This document shows, piece by piece, positions 53,540 through 64,000 of a stretch of DNA of 64,000 bases. The stretch covers positions 14,768,464 to 14,832,463 of the forward strand of contig NC_043011.1 in assembly GCF_006345805.1 (NCBI RefSeq), given 5' to 3'. The position numbers were made by a program, and so were the translations under genes. Each line of letters starts with the position of its first letter. Position 1 is the stretch's first letter. The DNA is from Octopus sinensis. Taxonomy: Eukaryota. The notes under the pieces are model-generated. The model saw only the letters and a list, made by a program, of their open reading frames with translations. It searched no databases and was not told the DNA's origin.

Positions 53540-55562
53540 CATCAATAGTCCTAGTCTGTGAACAAGAGTTTTAAGCATATTTCAGAGTAAATCTGATGAA
53601 TATACAATGTTTTGCATTTGGTGTGGCTGAGAGTAATTTGTCCTGTGAAATGGAAAGATGAAGTTCATTTAGAGGATATAGAAATCTTTTCTAGTGATAA
53701 TCAAAATAAAGCAAAAAAACCCACAACTAGATAAATTCCTGATATCAGATTGGAAATTCTAAATGACATGCATAAACTCATATAACATAGAGCTATAGCT
53801 TGTTATATTTATAAAAGAGAAATGCTACAAAAATGTTTAGAACATTTAAAAAGTACAATAAAAAATGTTTCCTACATCATCCAGTCGATGTCCCATTCAC
53901 TTTCAACATGAATTACATACAAATAAAACAGTCAAAGTTTCCTCATCATCATTGAAGACTTTTCCTCGGTGATGAAGAGAATGCACATCATCAACAATGC
54001 AAAAGCTGCATCTCAAAGACTACCCAGAAAATTCTTCAATGTTCATCCATGAATTAGCTGTAGTTTAAATAATAATAATAATAACGAAATTATTGTATAC
54101 AGTGCTCAGGTGCACCACAACTTGTCAAATGATGTTTATGAATCTCAAGTGTGATTCACCATGGATTATTACTCCTTTATATGGTCTGGTGCTGTTGCTA
54201 CACACATATATATACATCATAGACTGCATTTGAAGAAAATACACTTGCTAATTATTATTTGTTTTGATCTCTAGTCCATGGTTGTATTATCTCCTCTCTC
54301 TGCCTTTTTCATTACCCTTACTATAGCGTCCTCTGCTCTTCAAAAATAGCTGATCTTGTACCACCTCCACACAGGTACTTTCAACTCTCTTGGGTCTCTT
54401 TCTCTTGTTATCCATGTTATATCCTATCCTAAACTCTGAATTAGCAAATTTGCCAGTCCTTCCGTCTGGGAATGTAATCCCTCTGGAATTCCTTCTCAGC
54501 TCATGTTTTGCTTGTAACAATTAATTCACAACTACTTGAAAGGAACATTTAATATATTGATCTCAGTATCCTTCGAGGGCTTACAAAGGTCATAGTTACA
54601 ACCCCTTCCTTCAGACCAAACCATTGAAAAGAAATGTGCAGTTATTGTCTCCTTATCATGACGTTTGGTGTGCTTCAGTAAACTTACCTTTCAAAACTAG
54701 TTCAATACATTCACTATCTGAATGCTTTCTTGAATCATCCGCTGAAAGCAGAGCAGCACCAGAGTTAGGAAAACAGGATTTAAAATATAACAATAACGAA
54801 GCAAGCTTGAGACTTGCAGATGGCTCTGAGTGCAGAGGAAGAATATAAAGGTAGGGATAAATAGCAGTGATCAAATTTTAAAAATTCCATTAAATTCTAA
54901 GGGTTTGCTGAAAATGGATCACATGCATTATACATGAGCTAAATTCAGGAAGTGAAAGCAAAAGAATATTTTATACCGCAGTCATTTCTCTTTCTATTTA
55001 ATCGATAACACATTGTTTAGCTCATCTGGACACAACTGATCTTTGTATGAATTAAAGGGAAGCATGTAAACTATAGCCTGACTAGCTCTAACTTTGGACT
55101 TGGTAATATGTTATTGTAGTTGTTTGACTAAATATCCTAAAGTGAAAGGATTGAGAGATAGGTTTAGCACAGGTGAGTTGAAAAGCACTTACAAAAGATG
55201 ATGTTAATGATGATGGACAAGATAAAGCTGCTATACTTTTAACTGTTGTATGATGGAGTCTATAACCAATTGTCCACCAGTTTCCCTTATGACTAGAAAT
55301 GTACTTATAAAATCACAAAAAAATCTCAAGCCACAACTAACATGTGGAGAAGTATGAGACGATGAAATAAATAATACAGAAAAACCAATGATTAAAAGCA
55401 CTAACTGAGAACGTTTGCTAAAAGGATTTAACCCATGCTCTAAGTTTCATAAAACATCAAATTTATTGGGGAAGGATGGTTACACCAAAATATCTAGCTA
55501 GAACAAGAAAAGGCTGAAGCATTTAAATATTACATTACAAAGCAAGTTCCAAGAACATTAAC

Positions 55563-55727
55563 AATGTGGCTGTGTGGTATGTAGCTTGCTAACCAACCAC
55601 ATGGTTCCGGGTTCAGTCCCACTGTGTGGCATCTTGAGCAAGTGTCTTCTGCTATAGCCCCGGGCCGACCAAAGCCTTGTGAGTGGATTTGGTAGACGGA
55701 AACTGAAAGAAGCCTGTCGTATATATG

Positions 55728-55764
<37 letters not shown>

Positions 55765-55970
55765 TTGTGTCTCTGTTTGTCTCCCCAACATCGCTTGACA
55801 ACTGATGCTGGTGTGTTTATGTCCCCGTCACTTAGCGGTTCGGCAAAAGAGACCGATAAAATAAGTACTGGGCTTACAAAGAATAAGTCCCGGGGTCGAT
55901 TTGCTCGACTAAAGGCAGTGCTCCAGCATGGCTGCAGTCAAATGACTGAAACAAGTAAAAGGGTAGAAAG
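55563..55970 (+). mobile_element. SINE family C (CORE-type)
   Basis: Homologous to 5529-5950. Confidence 0.9.
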
Positions 55971-56206
55971 AGTAATGTCACAATATCAAGGAATTAATTC
56001 TGTAGAAATTAAGAATTTCTTTATGAAAGAATACCTCACTACCACTTCAAACAAAAAGAAGTTTATCATTAAGATGATATATTTATTAATTTGATTTTAA
56101 TGTATAAGTTTTTTTTTCTGGACCATAGCAATTCCTTTTTCAAAATATTTTACTCCATAGTTGTGTGTATGTGTGTGTGTGCATGCACGCTTTTGTGCAT
56201 GCACGT

Positions 56207-56275
56207 GTCTGTGCACATGCGACTGCCTGTCTGTGCACATGCGACTGCCTGTCTGTGCACATGCGACTGCCTGTC
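56207..56275. repeat. 22-bp minisatellite, about 3 copies (GTCTGTGCACATGCGACTGCCT)
   Basis: Seen directly. Confidence 0.9.
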
Positions 56276-56425
56276 ATACGTGGTAATTGCGATCCAGCTT
56301 TTTTCATATTGCTGATGTTTAGAAAAATGATTGATGAACTTCCCAGCTCAAGTTGACAGGTACAACATATTTACCAATTAATTATTTTATAATCTTTGAA
56401 ATATATTTGTTACATTACTTTAAAG

Positions 56426-56466
<41 letters not shown>

Positions 56467-56527
56467 TATTTCCACCTGTCCATCTGTCTATATATTTATA
56501 TGCATATACGAATGCATATATATATAC

Positions 56528-56606
<79 letters not shown>

Positions 56607-56611
56607 ATATA

Positions 56612-56740
<129 letters not shown>

Positions 56741-58424
56741 CTATGTTTATATATATGTGTGTGCATACATGTTGATACATAGATACATATATACACCGTA
56801 TGTGCTTCTCTATATTGTGTGTATATGTTATTAATATATGATTCTAATCAAAATGAATGGTAGAAAAATGCTATGAATAAAGAATTTGACAACATTCCAG
56901 TGAGTTGATTTATTGTCTGCACTATTATTTAAAATATGGAACAGACACTCGTGTATTTGGAAATATAAGTTATCATTAGTATTTGAAATATATAGTGACA
57001 TTCACACACACACCACACTGCCACCACCACTGCCACCACCACCGTAAACCACGACCACGACCATGATGATGATGATGATGATGATGATCATTATCATCAT
57101 CATCATCACCACCACCATCATTCCAATGATTCTGTGTCATCATCATTGTTTTAATGTCTACTTTTCCATGCGTGCATGGGATAGATTTCCTGTGGCCAGG
57201 TGCTTTTCCTGTCACAAACCTTCACCTGTCTCCATGCAAAGTAATATTTCTTATCTTTTGAACATGAACAGTAATCTTCTGTGAAAACAGAATGGTTTGG
57301 CATGTTTTCATAGAAGCTCACGAGCAAATGGTTACTGCTCACATGATTGTAACGTTTATTTTTTCTCATGCTCTTTCTTCAATCATTGGACAGTGGCCAT
57401 GCTGGAGCATCACTTCCATGAGTTTAGTCAAATAAATTGACCACAGTAATTATTTTTTAAAGACTGGTACTTATTCTATTGGTCTTCTTTTCAGAACTGC
57501 TAAATTACAGGGATATAAACAAACCAACATCGGTTGTCAAGCAGTGTGGAGAGGACCTGCAAAATGCAATATTTCAGTCTAATCCAATTGCAAAGCTTTG
57601 GTTGACCTCAAGGCTATAGTAGAAGGCTTTTATCCGAGGGACTGTACAATGGGGTACATCTGAAGCCACATGGTCATGGAGCAAACTTCTTAATCACACC
57701 ACCAAACACAAACAGAAATATATCATCATCATCATCGTTTAGCATCTGCTTTCCATGCTAGCATGGGTTGAACAGTTCAACTGGGGTCTGGGAATCCAGA
57801 AGTCTGCACCAGGCCCAGTCTGATCTGGCAATGTTTCTATGGCTGGATGCCCTTCCTAACGCCAACCAATCCGTGAGTGTAGTGGGTGCTTTTTACGTGC
57901 CACCGGCACAGGTGTCAGATGAGGCTGGCAAATGGCCACGATCGGATGGTGCTTTTTATGTGCCACTAGCACAGAGGCCAGTCAGGGCGGCGCTGGCAAC
58001 GGCCACGTTCGGATGGTTCTCTACATGCCACCGGCACTGGTATCACAGCTACAATTTCCATTGATGTTGATCGATTTTGATTTTGATTTTGATTTTGATT
58101 ATATATATATATATATATATTCTTATCTTATATCTTTTACTTGTTTCAGCCATCTGACTGTGGCCATGCTGGAGTACTGTTTTGAGGGTTTAATTGAACA
58201 AATCAACCCTAATTCTTATTTTTTATTTATTTATTATTATTATTTTTTTTTTTGATGTTTGGTATTTAGTCTATCAGTTTTGTTTTGCTGAACTTATCAG
58301 TTTTGTTTTGCTGAACTGATAATTCATAGGGATGTAAACAGACCAACACCAGTCGTCAAATGGTGGCGAGGAGCAAACACTAAGACAAACAAACAGACAC
58401 ACACACACACACACACACAAATCA

Positions 58425-58473
<49 letters not shown>

Positions 58474-58930
58474 CCTGGTTCTGCTATATTGAAGGAATGC
58501 ATTCTCTATTAGCAGCTTCTTGCATCATCATTATTACATGTGTGACACCATATTGCTTTTCTAGTAAAGATTCTAAATATTTAAAACCCTAATATACCTA
58601 GTTATAAACTGATGCCCCAAGAAAGCTCAGTTTATAGTATCAGCGATACTTAACTTTGTGGTATTAAATTTGAATTTTCCCATCAACATGAAAAACTATT
58701 CTTGTGAATATTTCATTGAAGACAAGAGTATATTGTTATGAATTCCATAAGTTAATCACCTGTTGAAACGTGCCCAAAATTGGCACTGTTTGGAATAAGC
58801 TCAAGGGACAAATATCTAATTTAAATGCAAGATTGGAAATAAACCTCTGATTGTTGTCATCAAACATAAGAGTACATTAATTTTGGGTAAAACCAGTAAG
58901 GAAGTTATTTAGTGGCTGTGTAGTAAGTAG

Positions 58931-59227
58931 TTAGGGTTAGGGGTAAGGAGAAGGGTATCTTTTTTTCTTCAGAAATGTAAATAAATCCAATCTGTTTCTT
59001 AAACGAGGGACATATTCATATGGCACAGAATGTTTTCACCTCAATAGACATCATTGCAGAAATTGAAGAAAAACAACAACAAATATCTTACAAACTATAG
59101 AATTTTCTCAATAAAGCCAAGAGAAAAAGATGTTTTCATAAACACATTCTACCAGTATACGAAGTTTAAAAGTGTTTAGTTACGTGGAAATTATTTTAAA
59201 AAACTGCCGGTCAGACCGAAAAGATCC
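58931..59227. mobile_element. Partial inverted copy of the telomere-motif MITE
   Basis: Reverse complement of about 15009-15318; begins at ttagggttagggg and ends at aaaagatcc. Confidence 0.8.
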
Positions 59228-59554
59228 GTTGACCAAAGCATTTTAATAATTAGATAATTGTCAGGAAAACCAAAACAGCAGTTTTTTATTATACAAGAAA
59301 GGATGAATAAAAGATCTTACTTAAACTTATTCGGAAACTTGTTTTGGTGCTTTGATATGTGACTATTTTGCTGGTTTACTTCGTTAACCAAATTTATGTT
59401 TTTTCCTTGGTGGATATCACAGCCGTTGATTTAGCTTTTTGAGAATGCTGTCTACCTCACTGGCATATCCTGTCGATTTTAATAGCTTATTCTTGCTATG
59501 TGCAAGTCTTATTCATTTTACTTATCGTCCGCTTTACTGCTTATAGTTAATATC

Positions 59555-59771
59555 TCTTTCTCTCTTTACTCTTTTACTTGTTTCAGTCATTTGACTGCGG
59601 CCATGCTGGAGCACCGCCTTTTAGTCAAGCACATCGACCCCCGGGACTTATTCTTTGTAAGCCTAGTACTTATTCTATCGGTCTCTTTTGCCGAACCGCT
59701 AAGTTACGGGGACATAAACACACCAGCATCAGTTGTCAAGCGATGTTGGGGGGACAAACACAGACATACAA

Positions 59772-59806
<35 letters not shown>

Positions 59807-60029
59807 AGGCGAGCTGGCAGAAACGTTAGCACGTCGAACGAAATGCTTAGCGGTATTTCGTCTGTTGTTATGTTCTGAGTTCAAATTCCGCCGAGGTCGA
59901 CTTTGCCTTTCATCCTCTCGGGGTTGATAAATAAAGTACCAGTTTCGCACTGAGTCAATGTAATCGACTTAATCCATTTGTCTGTCCTTGTTTGTCCCCT
60001 CTATGTTTAGTCCCTTGTGGGTAGTAAAG

Positions 60030-60068
<39 letters not shown>

Positions 60069-60233
60069 TACGACGGGCTTCTTTCAGTTTTTGTCTACCA
60101 AATCCACTCACAAGGCTTTGGTCAACCCGAGGGTATAGTAGAAGACACTTGCCAAAGGTGCCACGCAGTGTGACTGAACCCGGAACCATGTGGTTGGTAA
60201 GCAAGCTACTTACCACACAGCCACTCCTATGCC
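59555..60233 (-). mobile_element. SINE family C (minus) with a family B SINE (59808-60034, plus) nested in its internal (TA)n
   Basis: The two halves of family C are separated by a complete family B copy bounded by TA repeats. Confidence 0.9.
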
Positions 60234-60456
60234 TATACTGTAAAACACTACAACATAATGACAAGCAATAATACACTACAGCTTAAGGCTGTAAACTGGC
60301 AGAATTATTACAGATTGAGCAAAATGCTTAGTAACATCTCATGTCATTACATTTTGAGTTCAAATTCTGCCAAGGTCGACTTTGCTTTTCATCCTTCTGA
60401 GGTCAATAAAGTACTAGTTGAGCACTGGGTTCGATGTAATCCACATACATATACCT

Positions 60457-60689
60457 ATTTCTTTACCACCCACAAGGGGCTAAACACAGGGGAGACAAAC
60501 AAGGACAGACAGATGGATTAAGTCGATTATATCGACCCCAGTGCATAACTGGTACTTAATTTATCGACTCCCAAAAGGATAAAAGGCAAAGTCAACCTCG
60601 GCGGAATTTGAACTCAGAACGTAACCGCAGACGAAATACCGGTAAGCATTTAGTCCGGCATGCTAACGTGTCTGCCAGCTCGCTGCCCT
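60457..60689 (-). mobile_element. SINE family B with a 15-bp target-site duplication, inserted in an older family B copy (60286-60745, plus)
   Basis: ACATACATATACCTA at 60443-60457 and 60690-60704. Confidence 0.88.
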
Positions 60690-60757
60690 ACATACATATA
60701 CCTACTACTCAGAAATTGCTGGCCTTGTGCCAAAACTTGAAAGCGATAATACACTAC

Positions 60758-60922
60758 TAGGCGCAGGAGTGGCTACGTGGTAAGTAGCTTGCTAACCAAG
60801 CACATGGTTCCGGGTTCAGTCCCACTGCATGGCATCTTGGGCAAGTGTCTTCTGCTATAGCCCCGGGCCGACCAATGCCTTGTGAGTGGATTTGGTAGAC
60901 GGAAACTGAAAGAAGCCTGTCG

Positions 60923-60963
<41 letters not shown>

Positions 60964-61188
60964 TTGTGTGTCTGTGTTTGTCCCCCTAGCATTGCTTGAG
61001 AACCGATGCTGGTGTGTGTATGTCCCCGTTACTTAGCAGTTCGGCCAAAGAGACCGATAGAATAAGTACTGGGCTTACAAAGAATATGTCGCGGGGTCGA
61101 TTTGCTTGACTAAAGGCGGTGCTCCAGCATGGCCGCAGTCAAATGACTGAAACAAGTAAAAGAGAGAAAAGAGAGAGAGAGAGAGAGT
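60758..61188 (+). mobile_element. SINE family C (CORE-type), young copy
   Basis: Homologous to 5529-5950, CpGs retained. Confidence 0.9.
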
Positions 61189-62383
61189 ACTAAATGACAA
61201 TGCACAACACACTTCAACTTACTACAGCTTTACAGTGCATGGCAACATGTAACACAGTACAGCACATGACAACATACACAACTCATTACAAGACTTTACA
61301 ATATACAACACACTACAGTATATTACAACCCACTACAAGTTGGCAATATTAGACTAGCAGAACAGAAGCATCACTGTGAGAATACATCTGATGAGAAATC
61401 AATATGTTTGGAAGCAATCAATGGTAACTAAAGTAATTATCTGTTTTGTTATATTTTATTAATGATGGCTTAGTTGGATGAAAGAAAACAGCACCCATGA
61501 CCATTTACAGAGTTTTCAAGACTAGCAGAAGTTTTCTCCAGACCACAAACCTTGTGTGAACACTTGCAAAAAAGATTCAGCTCCTTTTAAAGACACCGAC
61601 AGCAAGGTGGTGGTTTTAAACTAGTTGTTGGATTAAATCTTTCATATGAGAATTCCAAAATAATCAGAATAACAGTGCTTGGTATGTCACCTGAATATAT
61701 CAACGGCACTATACAGCTAAAAATCAGTGGAAAAAAAATAAACAAAAACAAAACAAAAGAACAAAAAAGCAAACAAAACCAATACAAAACAAAACATTCT
61801 AATATCTTTAAAATGATGTAATATGCAGTATAAGATCTACTGTGTAGCTGTGAGCAATGCCGCTAACTAATTTGCAGTATTGTTGTCATGCTTCTGGCTT
61901 GTTCTGTATTAAGGTTGATATATTCAGTAATGCTGTTACTTATTGTTGTTAGTCCATTTGTAGCAACTGAAGGATATTTTTTTCTTTCTAAAAGTTGATT
62001 TCTGCCATGTCTACCACAGAATGAAATGCATTTAGCTGATATATTTTGCAGCTTAGCAGATTTTTTTTTATTCGTTCCTTCTATATTGCCAATTAAAGAA
62101 TTTTCTAAACCCTGTTGTTGTTGGATAATCCCTCACCACTTCCAATCAGTTTTGTCAGAATAGTTCTATGACAGAACTAATCAATCAAACAAAACATTCC
62201 ATGAATATTACAAGTCATTGATAGTTCTTCATTTTAGGGCATATCAACCTAAAGTTTAGAACTAAAAATCTTTGGTCTCCATCCATATAGACATGATACT
62301 TTTCGTTGGTTAGGTGAATCAGCTTGATAATATGCCTTCTACCACTACCTGTGGTTGGCCAAAATGTTGTGAATGGAATGTTG

Positions 62384-63223
62384 TGGCTTGTATTACCTGT
62401 TTAAAAGAGGTAGAACTTAACCTCTGGCCCAGGTTTAACACCACTACTAGAGCTTGGGTGTCTTTAGCAGAAGTTTAAATTTAACCTCAAGCCCAGGTTT
62501 AACACCACTACTGGAGCTTGGGTGTCTTTAGCAAAAGTTTAAACATAATCTCTTGCCCAGGTTTAACACCACTACTGGAGCTAGGGTGTCTTTAGCAGAA
62601 GTTTAAACTTAATCTCTGGCCCAGGTTTAACACCACTACTGGAGTTAGGGTGTCTTTAGCAGAAGTTTAAACTTAATCTCTGGCCCAGGTTTAACACCAC
62701 TACTGGAGTTAGGGTGTCTTTAGCAGAAGTTTAAACTTAATCTCTAGCCCAGGTTTAACACCACTACTGGAGCTTGGGTGTCTTTAGCAGAAGTTTAAAC
62801 TTAATCTCTAGCCCAGGTTTAACACCACTACTGGAGCTCGGGTGTCTTTAGCAAAAGTTTAAACTTAATCCCTGGCTTGTATTACCTGTTTAAAAGAGGT
62901 AGAACTTAACCTCTAGCCCAGGTTTAACACCACTACTAGAGCTTGGGTGTCTTTAGCAGAAGTTTAAATTTAACCTCAAGCCCAGGTTTAACACCACTAC
63001 TGGAGCTTGGGTGTCTTTAGCAAAAGTTTAAACTTAATCCCTGGCCCAGGTTTAACACCACTACTGGAGCTAGGGTGTCTTTAGCAGAAGTTTAAACTTA
63101 ATCTCTGGCCCAGGTTTAACACCACTACTGGAGTTAGGGTGTCTTTAGCAGAAGTTTAAACTTAATCTCTAGCCCAGGTTTAACATCACAACTGGAGTTA
63201 GGGTGTCTTTAGCAGAAGTTTAC
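62384..63223. repeat. 64-bp tandem repeat, 12 units in two blocks (7+5), each preceded by the same leader of about 40 bp
   Basis: CCAGG anchors at 62429, 62493, 62557, 62621, 62685, 62749, 62813 then 62918, 62982, 63046, 63110, 63174; leader tggcttgtattacctgtttaaaagaggtagaac at 62384 and 62873. Confidence 0.95.
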
Positions 63224-63581
63224 TTTGTTACAATATTTGGACTGAGTTTTCAGTGTAGGCACTCAGGTTTCCCAGATATCCTGAAGAGGGTTATGAGTGA
63301 TACACTTCCTGCTTTGAATAAACCCTACACTAAAAAGTACCCAAGATATCTAAGCTGATACTCTGCTGCTATGTGGTTCAGAAGCTTGTTTGCCAACCAT
63401 GTAGTATAAGATTCATTCCCACTGATTCATTCCCAAGGTGGCACCTTGGGTAAGTGTCTTTTACTGTAGCCTCAAGCAGATCAAAGCCTTATTAGGGGAT
63501 TTGATAGATAGAAGCTGAAAGATGCTCATCGTATATATAATACACACTCACATACACATGTGTATATATATATATATATAA

Positions 63582-63780
63582 AGGGAAAGTTTACGAAAAA
63601 AAACAAAAGACGAAGACAGGTGGTGTACAAAACAAACAGATGTATTAGTATGACACTCAGGAATAGAAAAAGTCTTTTACATTTCGAGCCTACACTCTTC
63701 TACAGAAAGGGACACAGAAAAAACAAGGAGAGAAACAAGGAGAGAAAAAAATGTGTGCAGTGGCTAACGATCTATGCCAT
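63582..63780 (-). mobile_element. Family H1 repeat with a hammerhead-like motif at 63674-63709
   Basis: Minus strand CTTT-CTGTAGAA-GAGTgtagGCTC-GAAA-TG-TA-AAAG; abuts (TA)n. Confidence 0.7.
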
Positions 63781-64000
63781 CATTAGACTGCGAAGCATCA
63801 AATTAATCTTTGCTTCATACAGTCTATGTTAGGATAAAAAATTTTGTGGGGTTTATGAGGTTCAATTGAATGATAATTAGGTTGTTAGGTGGGTTGTGAT
63901 GAAAGGATGTTGTGGAGACATTTTTATTGATTAAATTGGCGTTGTGTTCATTGTTCAGAGTTTATTCATGCATGTAGAATTCTTTAAACAGGTGTGTATA

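Noticed and set aside
61380-61425. Hammerhead at CTGATGA
   Set aside because: GAAA is replaced by GAAG and the stems are weak; compatible with chance.
61587-61787. Hydrophobic ORF as the missing signal-peptide exon
   Set aside because: It starts at TTG, its hydrophobicity comes from a (TTTTG)n low-complexity tract, and no strong in-phase donor was found.
62420-62490. Ribozyme in the 64-bp satellite unit (minus CTGCTAA-stem-AAAC)
   Set aside because: Both core strands deviate from CUGANGA and GAAA, and no stem I/III closure or NUH site is in register.
62384-63223. CRISPR-like leader plus repeat array
   Set aside because: Units are contiguous near-identical 64-mers with no unique spacers, there are no cas genes, and the context is eukaryotic.
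63278-63335. Hammerhead at CTGAAGA-GGGTT..AACCC
   Set aside because: No GAAA follows stem II and there is no stem III or cleavage triplet.

Overview
AT-rich, microsatellite-dense, intron-rich eukaryotic DNA. Its tRNA-headed SINE repertoire strongly resembles an octopus (cephalopod) genome; this is inference from repeat recognition. The main protein-coding content is one minus-strand gene. I assembled six phase-compatible GT-AG exons by hand (49581 to 13146; 1121 nt, about 373 aa in the window). They encode a three-immunoglobulin-domain protein with a short hydrophobic, GPI-signal-like C-terminus; the signal-peptide exon was not found. The rest is decayed transposons (mariner, piggyBac, maT/DD37D-like, Tigger), MITEs, several SINE families, LINE tails and a 64-bp tandem array with a higher-order duplication. 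The most notable unannotated structure is a set of at least six distinct families of short, mostly (TA)n-associated elements, all inside or upstream of the gene. They carry type I hammerhead-ribozyme or hammerhead-like folds with minimal or palindromic stem III, as in Penelope-like element termini. Several are head-to-head fold-backs in which an antisense copy precedes the ribozyme, and some families have non-canonical catalytic cores. Most listed ORFs are microsatellite or SINE artefacts.
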